This document shows, one piece after another, positions 38,603 to 47,100 of a DNA stretch of 64,000 nucleotides. A program made the position numbers and the translations under genes. Each line of letters starts with the position of its first letter. Positions within the stretch are counted from its first letter, which is position 1. Source of the stretch: a virus (taxonomy: Duplodnaviria > Heunggongvirae > Uroviricota > Caudoviricetes); IMG/VR virus record IMGVR_UViG_3300011187_000002; one strand, given 5' to 3'. The notes beneath the pieces were generated by a model. That model did no database searches and had not been told where the DNA came from. It saw only the letters and a program-made list of their open reading frames with translations.

Positions 38603-39305
38603 AAAGGTCAAGATCAAGAGTATCAGAAAACTGGAAAGTCATGATTCGGATCGATATGACTTACAGGTCCGTGGGAATCATAATTTTTTCGCCAATGGTG
38701 TGTTAGTTCATAACTCATGGTGTCAGCTTGGTGTGATCCCTCAGCAGTTGACCTACCAAGATTACGGGCGTCTCGTCGTATGTTCGAAAGGGCTGGGGTC
38801 GAAAGGGCTGGCTTTCAAACCGGAGGCCGAACAGAACGCAAACAACCTGTACCTTCGGGTAGCCCGGCACCTCAACGCACTGGAAAGGTTGGCCGATTAC
38901 GAGGTGCCGATCTTCGTTATTGGCGAGGTGTTTGGCTCAGGGGTCCAAGATTTGGGTTACGGGGCACACACAAAATCGGATGAGACGTTAGGTTTCCGCG
39001 TGTTCGATGTGTACGAGGGTCAACCTCAACACGGTCGGTACCTCAACGACGACGAACTCACGCAGTTTTGTGAAGAGCGCGGATTCGAACGGGTGCCGGT
39101 ACTTTACCGTGGCCCCTTTTCGAAAGCCAAAATGCTTCAACTAACTACCGGCGCTGAAACAGTCAGTGGTGAAGAGGCGCATATCCGGGAAGGGGTCGTA
39201 GTTAGACCTACAGAGGAGCGGCGTGATCTCCTGATTGGCCGGGTCCAACTCAAAAGCGTCAGCGACGATTACCTGCTTCGAAAAAACGGAACGGAACTTA
39301 CATGA
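38595..39305 (+). CDS. split-intein C-part (40 aa) fused to RNA ligase C-extein
   Basis: YDLQVRGNHNFFANGVLVHN|S (Ser at 38715); ligase motifs GEVFG, FRVFDV, REGVVV, LKSVS. Confidence 0.9.
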   Translation: MPKKVKIKSIRKLESHDSDRYDLQVRGNHNFFANGVLVHNSWCQLGVIPQQLTYQDYGRLVVCSKGLGSKGLAFKPEAEQNANNLYLRVARHLNALERLADYEVPIFVIGEVFGSGVQDLGYGAHTKSDETLGFRVFDVYEGQPQHGRYLNDDELTQFCEERGFERVPVLYRGPFSKAKMLQLTTGAETVSGEEAHIREGVVVRPTEERRDLLIGRVQLKSVSDDYLLRKNGTELT

Positions 39306-39898
39306 ACCTGCGCGAACTCAAATGGCTATCGTCTTTACAGACCAAGTTACAGGATCAAGTGGCGGAGCTTATCAACGAAGATATCCTCTTTAAGGGGATG
39401 TATGTGTATAGCCTCAATCAAGTGTCTATCGAAGGCGAAGAGATCAGAATCGAGGTTAACGTAGAAACCCTTAAAGATAGGACGCTCACCTCTGTCCAAT
39501 CCCGCCTTCTCTTGAGCGAATTCGTCAAGCTGGGGCGTACTGAGGATGAGGTGGAAGAGGTGGAAGAGGATTTCCATGTGAACCGGTCCGTAATCATGCA
39601 AATGGCCCGTGATCACGACGACCGCGCCGAGGGGAAGGAACCTATGGAACCCGAGGAACCCCAATTGAAATCTATGGAGGGCCTCGACCTCGATGGTGAC
39701 GGTTATTCATCGCCTTCGGTTCGGCGTGACCGGAGGACGCAAGTAGCTGAGTTGCTAAGAGGGGTGGAAGGGCGTGCGTCGTTAGAAATGTCGCACAGGG
39801 ACGCGGGGTATGTTAAGTCCGCAGAGGAAGAATTCCTTGCAGGCATAGAGCGCAATGGGATGTGGGCGAAGTTGAATGAGCTTATGGAAGACGAATGA
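39302..39898 (+). CDS. hypothetical acidic protein
   Basis: ATGA overlap. Confidence 0.65.
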   Translation: MNLRELKWLSSLQTKLQDQVAELINEDILFKGMYVYSLNQVSIEGEEIRIEVNVETLKDRTLTSVQSRLLLSEFVKLGRTEDEVEEVEEDFHVNRSVIMQMARDHDDRAEGKEPMEPEEPQLKSMEGLDLDGDGYSSPSVRRDRRTQVAELLRGVEGRASLEMSHRDAGYVKSAEEEFLAGIERNGMWAKLNELMEDE

Positions 39899-39962
39899 GG
39901 CCCTCATTTTGAGGGTAAATCAGCCAAATTTTTGGTGCAGACCAAATTCGATTTTTTTGATT

Positions 39963-40511
39963 TCATTCGGGGGCTTCGGAAGTTAAGCAAGCGGTTTTAG
40001 GGATCAGGCCGAACCCCCGCTCAAGCATCCCCGCCACCATGTTGAACACTTGATCTGCATCCAGATCCCCTGTGTGAATACATATCTCGCTATCACACCG
40101 GAACTCCCAGATATCGGCATTGACCTCAACCGCCGCATCAATGTCTGTGAACCCGTGGTCACGACGGTCCATACGGGCCATACGGGCCTGTAGCGCTTCC
40201 CGGTTCGCAACCAGAGACACTACCCTATGCGTCACCCCCTCCTCTTTCATAACGTCCACGGGGGCGACGATCTTGCCTTGGTAAAACGTGTCCACAAGCA
40301 TCACCAGATCACGCCCTTGACGCTCTAAAGCGCCCACAAGAGCCTGTTGGATAGCTTCGGTATGTTGCCAGTCGTCTGTCCAGTCGTTTTCTGGCAATGC
40401 TTGGCGGATGTGATCGACCTCGATCACCACGCTATCCCTGAAGTGTTCTAGCAAGCTATGTGCGAGGGTGGTTTTACCCACCCCCGGTGCGCCTTGTATG
40501 AATAAAATCAT
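39963..40511 (-). CDS. P-loop kinase (AAA_33 / nucleotide or polynucleotide kinase-like)
   Basis: ILFIQGAPGVGKTT, EVDHIR, R...R lid. Confidence 0.8.
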   Translation of the reverse strand: MILFIQGAPGVGKTTLAHSLLEHFRDSVVIEVDHIRQALPENDWTDDWQHTEAIQQALVGALERQGRDLVMLVDTFYQGKIVAPVDVMKEEGVTHRVVSLVANREALQARMARMDRRDHGFTDIDAAVEVNADIWEFRCDSEICIHTGDLDADQVFNMVAGMLERGFGLIPKTACLTSEAPE

Positions 40512-40519
40512 GTCCGACC

Positions 40520-41011
40520 CTACAGCAGTTTGCGAATCTCACCGACGATCTTGACTTGGCTCCCGGATAGATTGCGTTTCGTTTCCAACGTGTTCAGCAT
40601 ATCCGCAGTATCTTCACGGTACGATTCAGTCGGACTGTCCATGATGTTTGACAGACGATCGGCAAGTTTGATGACCAACGCATAGCTAGACATGCCGGTC
40701 ATTTTCTTGGTGAGATATTCGTTTTTGCCGATACGCTCAATCTCATCGTCGTCCGACGTCAGTTCGTGAACCAACGACGCTACCAGCGGCGTGAATTCAC
40801 TGGCTAACTCTTCGAAGGTTGTGTCCGTATCTTCCAGCGTGTCGTGCAGGAGGCAGGCGACCATCAATTCTTCAAGCCGCTCGGACTCTTTGTTGTCCGC
40901 CAACAGAAACGCCACCGTGATGGGGTGGATAACGTAAGGCAACCCAGACACCTTGCGGGTTTGACCCTTGTGTTTTTCACTGGCGAATTGGACAGCTTTA
41001 ATCAGTAGCAT
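40520..41011 (-). CDS. HD-domain (p)ppGpp hydrolase-like protein (Mesh1/SAH)
   Basis: H.GQTRK..PYVIHP, LLHDTLEDT, IKLADRLSN. Confidence 0.85.
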   Translation of the reverse strand: MLLIKAVQFASEKHKGQTRKVSGLPYVIHPITVAFLLADNKESERLEELMVACLLHDTLEDTDTTFEELASEFTPLVASLVHELTSDDDEIERIGKNEYLTKKMTGMSSYALVIKLADRLSNIMDSPTESYREDTADMLNTLETKRNLSGSQVKIVGEIRKLL

Positions 41012-41045
41012 TTCGATCTCCTACAGTCACGTTATGTTCTACTCC

Positions 41046-41119
41046 CCTATACCGTAGGGTTACGCCTTCTGTCAAAACTCAAAGAAACTTTTGACAGACC
41101 TATGACACTAGGGTATAGG
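41046..41119. promoter_or_regulatory. divergent pair of sigma70-type promoters
   Basis: Minus strand TTGACA-N18-TATAGG (41046-41075); plus strand TTGACA-N17-TATAGG (41091-41119). Confidence 0.75.
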
Positions 41120-41194
41120 TTAGTGAAGCAAGGGACGACACCTACTACGAACCAAACGGAGACGACGATACTTAAAAGTGATGGAAAAGTTGGA

Positions 41195-42025
41195 ATGAAA
41201 GTGCTGTTCGGTCGAGGCAGCGGTGAGAAAACCCTCGGCAAGATCGTCAAAATCAACCGCAAAAATTTCAAAGTAGAGACGCTGGAAGTGCGCGGTACCA
41301 AAAAGACGCATCGCAAGGGTGGCCGATGGAACGTGCCGCCTTCGCTTTGCAAACCGGCCCCGAGTGCCGAGCCTAGCCGCCAATCGGCCCCGCAGCCGAA
41401 GGCCAGCCGGGTGAAAATCAAAACCACCACCAGCTATTCGTACCGGTCCAACAACAAAGAGGTTCGAAACAGACGGGCGAGGGAAGCCGCTGGCCGGTCC
41501 GCTGATGTGTTGAAAGCCGCTTGTGACCTGAGCAACCCGCCCACGTACATCAAAGCGTCGAGGCGCTATTTGGACGGCACCACGATCCGTAAGCGTGGCG
41601 ATGAGTATGATGGTCAGCGCCAGAAGCTGTACGATGCTGAAAAGAAATGCACCCGTGGCACCGAGTTCAAAACTTTCCGTCAGGCGGAGCGCTACTTGGA
41701 CAAGATGTTGAATTCGGCATGGTTCAACCGCCGTTTCAACAACCCGAACGTCACGCTTCGACCGGGCCGAGGTAGCGGCAGCGCTTGCTACAGCAACGGT
41801 AGCATCCGCCTCAGCACCAAAAACCACATGTGCGAACGCATCCTGATTCACGAACTGACGCACGCCTTGGTTCCGAAGCCGCACGCTGGCCACGGTCGTC
41901 TGTTTTGCGCCATCTACCTTGACCTTGTGCGACACTTCATGGGCGAAGACGCCTACGACCAGTTGGTTGCTGGCTACCGTGCCAAAAACGTGAAGTACCA
42001 GCCGCACAGATCCGCGAAGCGCTAA
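41195..42025 (+). CDS. SprT-like HExxH metallopeptidase with basic N-terminal SH3-like domain
   Basis: ILIHELTHAL...AGHGRLF; start uncertain. Confidence 0.75.
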   Translation: MKVLFGRGSGEKTLGKIVKINRKNFKVETLEVRGTKKTHRKGGRWNVPPSLCKPAPSAEPSRQSAPQPKASRVKIKTTTSYSYRSNNKEVRNRRAREAAGRSADVLKAACDLSNPPTYIKASRRYLDGTTIRKRGDEYDGQRQKLYDAEKKCTRGTEFKTFRQAERYLDKMLNSAWFNRRFNNPNVTLRPGRGSGSACYSNGSIRLSTKNHMCERILIHELTHALVPKPHAGHGRLFCAIYLDLVRHFMGEDAYDQLVAGYRAKNVKYQPHRSAKR

Positions 42026-42112
42026 ATCAAGGCCCCTTCGAATGCCCCACAGTAGTGGGGCTATTCGACCTTGACCTCCAGCGCTCCGAAGCCTACTTGC
42101 TCTCTAGGACTT

Positions 42113-42142
42113 TTGACGGAGTAGGTACACTTAGGGTATAGG
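42113..42142 (+). promoter_or_regulatory. sigma70-type phage promoter
   Basis: TTGACG-N18(TAGGG)-TATAGG. Confidence 0.75.
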
Positions 42143-42178
42143 TTACTGGTAACACATAAGACACACGGAGATTCGACC

Positions 42179-42670
42179 ATGTACACATTCGGCAACGTTG
42201 TTAAAAACGGCATTTTCGTTAAGGATGGCCACCGCTATCGTCGCATCCCCAAGTCGAAGTTCTGGAACAATGAGGGCAACGAATGGGTATTTTTCAATGC
42301 GGTGAGTACCGACCGCGATGCAAGCCCGCAGTTGTTCTTCGAAGAAGATGAAGCCGTCGACGATATCCCGTGGCGTCCGTACCGCAAAGAGGCGGTTCCG
42401 CTGGAAGATATTTTCCGCGAATTCGAACAGGTGGTTACGCATTTCCGTAAACAAGCCCACGACGTCCGGGAAAAGGAAAAGGACCCGGACTTGGCTGAGA
42501 TGTACGAGGATGATGCGGACAGTCTGGAATACGTCCTCACGAATGCCCGTGACGGCCACTGGAATTTGGCGTATTCAAATATGCGACGGCTGGATACCGC
42601 CGTGCGGGAACGGATTCCCCGTGAAATGTACGACGAGATTTGCGAACACCACATGATGGATAACCAGTGA
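42179..42670 (+). CDS. hypothetical protein
   Basis: GGAG RBS. Confidence 0.7.
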   Translation: MYTFGNVVKNGIFVKDGHRYRRIPKSKFWNNEGNEWVFFNAVSTDRDASPQLFFEEDEAVDDIPWRPYRKEAVPLEDIFREFEQVVTHFRKQAHDVREKEKDPDLAEMYEDDADSLEYVLTNARDGHWNLAYSNMRRLDTAVRERIPREMYDEICEHHMMDNQ

Positions 42671-42993
42671 CAGTTTGCGCAGTTTATATCGAACGGGTCG
42701 GGGGACCAACTTTGGAAATACGGGGATACAACAAAATCCCCAACACCCTACCCGACCGGGGTGATTTCATCCGGGTTCCCGGTAAAGCTAATCCGTACCG
42801 CGTGGTCGAACGTATGTGGACGTACAGCGACCAGCCAGAGGCCCTAGACTGTTTCGTAACCCTGTACGTGACCGAACGTAAGCCTTCCCTACTGCGACGT
42901 CTCTGGAGGCGTCTGAGAGGCCGAGATGGGTCGCAAAGAATTCAACAAGATACTCCGCAGGTACGATTACCAGCGGAAATCGAGCAAGGATGA
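42667..42993 (+). CDS. hypothetical protein
   Basis: GTGA overlap. Confidence 0.5.
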   Translation: MTVCAVYIERVGGPTLEIRGYNKIPNTLPDRGDFIRVPGKANPYRVVERMWTYSDQPEALDCFVTLYVTERKPSLLRRLWRRLRGRDGSQRIQQDTPQVRLPAEIEQG

Positions 42994-43125
42994 GTACGGC
43001 GACCGTATCTACACCTACACGCACGATGAGGTGGGGGTCGTGCTAACGGTTGACCAACATACAGTGGACCTTGAGGGGTCGTCGTGGTCGTGCTATCACT
43101 TCGAACAGGCTGCAGCGTTACTTGT

Positions 43126-43232
43126 CGGAGCCGTAGGTTCAAGTAAATGCGGAATCCGCAGTCGAGATCAACGTCAATGGTATCTGCATCAACGACACGT
43201 TTCACAACAGCTTGTTAGTTCCAAAGATCCAT
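43126..43232 (-). pseudogene. thermonuclease (SNase-like) remnant
   Basis: MDLWN*QAVVKRVVDADTIDVDLDCGF...LRL; in-frame TAA at 43215-43217; similarity then lost. Confidence 0.6.
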
Positions 43233-43280
43233 GCTCCGTAAGGTAAGTTAGGTCCTACCTCCGATACAAGGAGATTCTAT

Positions 43281-43574
43281 ATGTGGAAAGAGATCAAACA
43301 GTGGCTTTATCGACGCCTCCACTTCCATAGCTGGAGGTATGAGTATCGGCTTTGTCATTACAAGAGGGCACACATGCCTTCTGTGATCACAGGTACCCCC
43401 GAGCAGAGGAAGACCCAAAAGCGTAGGCTTGAAAATGAGGAGTTCAGTGCCGACGTACGGCACCGGGTCTGCAATTTATGTGGGAAGGTAGAGAGAAAGA
43501 ATCTATCCCCCTCTTTCAACGGACAGCGGCCCCGTGGTGGCTACTGGATTTTCGTGGAGTACGAAAATGACTAA
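43281..43574 (+). CDS. hypothetical protein (LHFHSW...RVCNLCGK)
   Basis: AAGGAG RBS. Confidence 0.65.
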   Translation: MWKEIKQWLYRRLHFHSWRYEYRLCHYKRAHMPSVITGTPEQRKTQKRRLENEEFSADVRHRVCNLCGKVERKNLSPSFNGQRPRGGYWIFVEYEND

Positions 43575-43998
43575 AGAAGAAGCCAACCAAGAGATCCAAC
43601 AGCTCCTGTTTGATATTGTCGAGAAGGTGCTCTACTTACGGAATGATGCCCAAGTGAAACCTGCCGTATCTATCAGCTTTCGACCGTGGGAATATCCTGA
43701 GGAGGCTATAAATATCAGTGTGGGTACTCATATTGACTCTGATCATTTCGTCAAAGACCGCTTTCTCTTCAAGCTGGACCAAGCCGTTATTATGGCGGCA
43801 GACGATCACTGGAGACGGGTGCTTGGCACACGAGAAGGCCACGTTGGCATTGGCCGGGCATTATCTACAGCGGGCGATTACTACGAGGAGAGCCCACTGG
43901 TAGCTTCGATCCGGGAGTCTATTGAGGCCCGTCAACATGCCAAGGTCGAGAAAAAACGCAACAACCGGATGGCAAAACTGATGCGGAACGCATCGTAA
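43567..43998 (+). CDS. hypothetical protein
   Basis: GGAG RBS, overlap. Confidence 0.65.
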   Translation: MTKEEANQEIQQLLFDIVEKVLYLRNDAQVKPAVSISFRPWEYPEEAINISVGTHIDSDHFVKDRFLFKLDQAVIMAADDHWRRVLGTREGHVGIGRALSTAGDYYEESPLVASIRESIEARQHAKVEKKRNNRMAKLMRNAS

Positions 43999-44003
43999 TA
44001 GAC

Positions 44004-44032
44004 TTGACGGCCCCCTTGCTCTATGGTACGTA
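44004..44032 (+). promoter_or_regulatory. putative promoter of small RNA and methyltransferase
   Basis: TTGACG-N17(TATGG)-TACGTA. Confidence 0.55.
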
Positions 44033-44040
44033 TGGAATAT

Positions 44041-44105
44041 GGAGCGGTGACTGAGCTGGTAAAGTTCCGCAGCCTTGGTGTCGTCGCTGCCGATGTAACG
44101 ACTCC
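44041..44105 (+). ncRNA. small tRNA-like RNA or tRNA remnant
   Basis: GGAGCGG-UG-ACU GAGCUGGUAA AGU (acceptor/D-arm-like), GCAGC-12nt-GCUGC hairpin, 3' CUCC pairs with 5' end; no T-arm. Confidence 0.4.
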
Positions 44106-44155
44106 TAATCAATAAGCAGTACGACGCTCGATAATTGCTTCACTCAGGATGTGAT

Positions 44156-47100
44156 ATGAACCTCCAAGAATTTCGTCAATTTTTCGAGAATCCTACTGCC
44201 GACGCTGGCGCACCTGCGCCAGATGAGGAAGATGGGCCAACACGATCCTCAACACAGTTCGCACGCCCAGGGGCCAAGCCGGTGCGGAACGATGGAGGTT
44301 CGCACCTCAGCGCGGACTCGATCAGTTTTGCGCGTCATTTGCTACGACGACTTCTAGGTGCAGAACCTAGCGGTTGGCCTCGCGATAAGGTGTTAAAGGC
44401 CGACCACCGCGCCTTACAATATCTGCCGGAAAAGGTTCACTATATAGCACCGTCGGATAACGGTCGCGATTTCCACACTCTCATCATCGAATTTGATTCC
44501 ACCGGCCGCGAGTTGCTGCAGGAATCAAAGCGACTCTTTCCTCAAGCAGCGAAGTTGGATCTAATTGAGGACGCCCTCGATCGCTTTGGCCAAGCGGCAC
44601 TGAAGGGATTCGCCAAATACGAGCAGAAAGCGTTCGCGGACAAACGCGGAGAGTACGTCCCCGTAGGAAGACCTGAACAAACGATGATTGTTCTATCGGT
44701 TCGTGACGACCGTGCTTCCGACGAGCGCATCGCACACCTCGTCCATTTCGTGCGGCAAGGGGAGGACGCTCAGGGCTCTTCTGAGATCGACCACCCACCG
44801 ATGGAGAGCTTTTCTGTACGTCAAGAGGCTGTGACCTGGGAGCCACAGCTAAAGCAGGACTACACGCTACAACTCTTTCATCGATTCGTAGCCCCGCTTC
44901 AAGAAGGCAAGTGGTCACAGGCGTTCGCGCGCGAAGAAGAGCGCCGCGAAGCTAGAAAGCTCCTGGATGTCCTGAGCGGTCAAGCGACTGAAGAATCGTT
45001 TGAAGATGTGATAACGAATCTCCTCGAGGAAATCGCTCTGAGTTTTGGTCTCGAAGCAGATGACCATCAAGCACGAGTCACGCGGAGACACTTGCTAAGT
45101 GATCATGATATTGGGATCGATCCGGACCGGAACTTGCCGGATGGATTTGAAAACCCACTCAAGGGCTTTTTGATTCATGATGTCGCCAACAGACTCCTCG
45201 GTTACATAGTGTACCTGCCCCAAAATGGCGAAGATGCGGATACACTTCGCGATAGACTTCAAAAGTACAATCGCTTCCACAACGTCTTGGTTATCTACCC
45301 GACCACTGACCAAAAGGATGAGACATCGCTCGAGGTCGGTCTCTGGCAAGGGGACCGAGAGCTCCGGGGTAAGCTGTTAAAGAAAGGAGCCAATTACATC
45401 GGGCCGGCGCGGCTAATCTCCATGCTTTCGCGGTTCTTTATGGTAAGCCGGGCAGAGGTGGAAAACCAGACCGAGTTAGCTCAAGAACTGGCGTATAGGG
45501 CCCGTTATCTTCGACGCCTAGCTATCCGTCAGCTTAAAGCGGAGAAAGAAGATGGACCTATGTGCAAGCTATATGAAGCATTTACAGCTGCGCTTATCCA
45601 CAACCAAACAGAGGAGGAGTTTGCCGATGCGTACGCGCAAACACTTGCCTATGGGCTTCTATCAGCTCGGTGGATATCAAAAGACCAATTTCAAGTATCG
45701 GGGGATCGCTTTACGCGTGAGACAGCTCTCGACCACATGCCGACTACCAGCCCATTCCTCAGAAGTTTCTTTCAGACCGTGCTGCAAGAGAACTTCGATC
45801 CCAAGCAGAAATGGCTATTGGAGGATATCGCCAACTTCCTTGATCGCATTCAAATAGAGCAGATATTCGGCCACAAAGATGGCGAACCAACGATCTCTAC
45901 CGACCCAGTGATACACTTTTATGAACCATTTTTGCAGGAGTACGATCCAGTAACGAGAAAGGAACGGGGCGTATACTATACCCCTGATCCGCTGGTCCAT
46001 CACATCGTCGAGTCCGTAAATCAGCACTTAAAAGAGAACCTCCACCTCCCTCTTGGGCTTGCTGACACCACCACCTGGGCGGAGTACGTCGAACGCCACC
46101 CCAAAATCTCCATTCCTCCAGTCGCAGACCCGGATTCGCCTCTGGTTCAAATCCTTGATCCAGCTGCGGGAACGGGAACATTCCTCAAGCATGTGATTGA
46201 GGTAATCCATCATGAATTCTGTACTGCATCGAAGGACACCACCAAAAAGCTCGAAGCTGATAGCTGGTCGCAATACGTGGAGGACTCACTACTGCCTCGC
46301 CTCCACGGTTTCGAGCTAATGGTTGCTCCATATGCCGTATGTCACATCAAGCTCGCACTTACTCTGCAAGCAACGGGATATGAACCTACCGACGATAGCC
46401 GTATAAATGTATTCCTGACGAATGCGCTAGAGGCCCCACTGACCAGCACGCCTCAGCTTGACTGGACGAGGATAGTTAATCTAACGGACGAATCTCGCGA
46501 GGCCAGTAAAGTCAAAGGGGAAACAGCTCTCACTGTGATTGTAGGTAATCCTCCATATAGCCGCAGTACAAAGAACAAAAACCCCCACATCGATGCCCTC
46601 GTTGCCGCTTATAAAGATCCCGTCCGTGCTCATGAAGGTAACATCCAGCCGCTAGATGACGACTACATAAAATTTTGGCGGATAGCTGAACACTGGATAG
46701 AGCTGACCAACCTCGGAATTGCGGCCTTAGTGAGTAATAACACTTTCTATTCTGGACGTATCCACCGAGGGATCCGCCGACATCATCTTGATACATTTGA
46801 CTTCATAGACTGCTTAGACCTTCAAGAGACCGGCAAACTCACAACTGCCACTACAGATGGAGTTCAGCCTGATGACAATGTCTTCCCCCCTATTACTGAG
46901 GCTACTTCTGTAACGCTTGCGGTAAAAACAGGTGGTGATTCATCTCGTACATCGGTTCACTATCGCGCTATTACTGGGACACGCGAAGCCAAGTACTCAT
47001 TACTCCGCTCAAATGTTGACGGAGTCACCAGTTTCGATTTGGACCTTCGCGCACCCTACTGGTTGTTCATTCCACGTGACGAAGATTATGTTGCTAATCA

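Noticed and set aside
37335-38714. Group I intron in the RNA ligase gene
   Set aside because: The insert ends encode intein blocks (Cys1, TxxH, HN|S) in frame with the exteins, and no intron core is evident.
43215-43217. In-frame TAA as evidence of stop-codon recoding
   Set aside because: Conserved genes are intact in code 11 and end in TAA, TAG and TGA; the fragment is truncated anyway.
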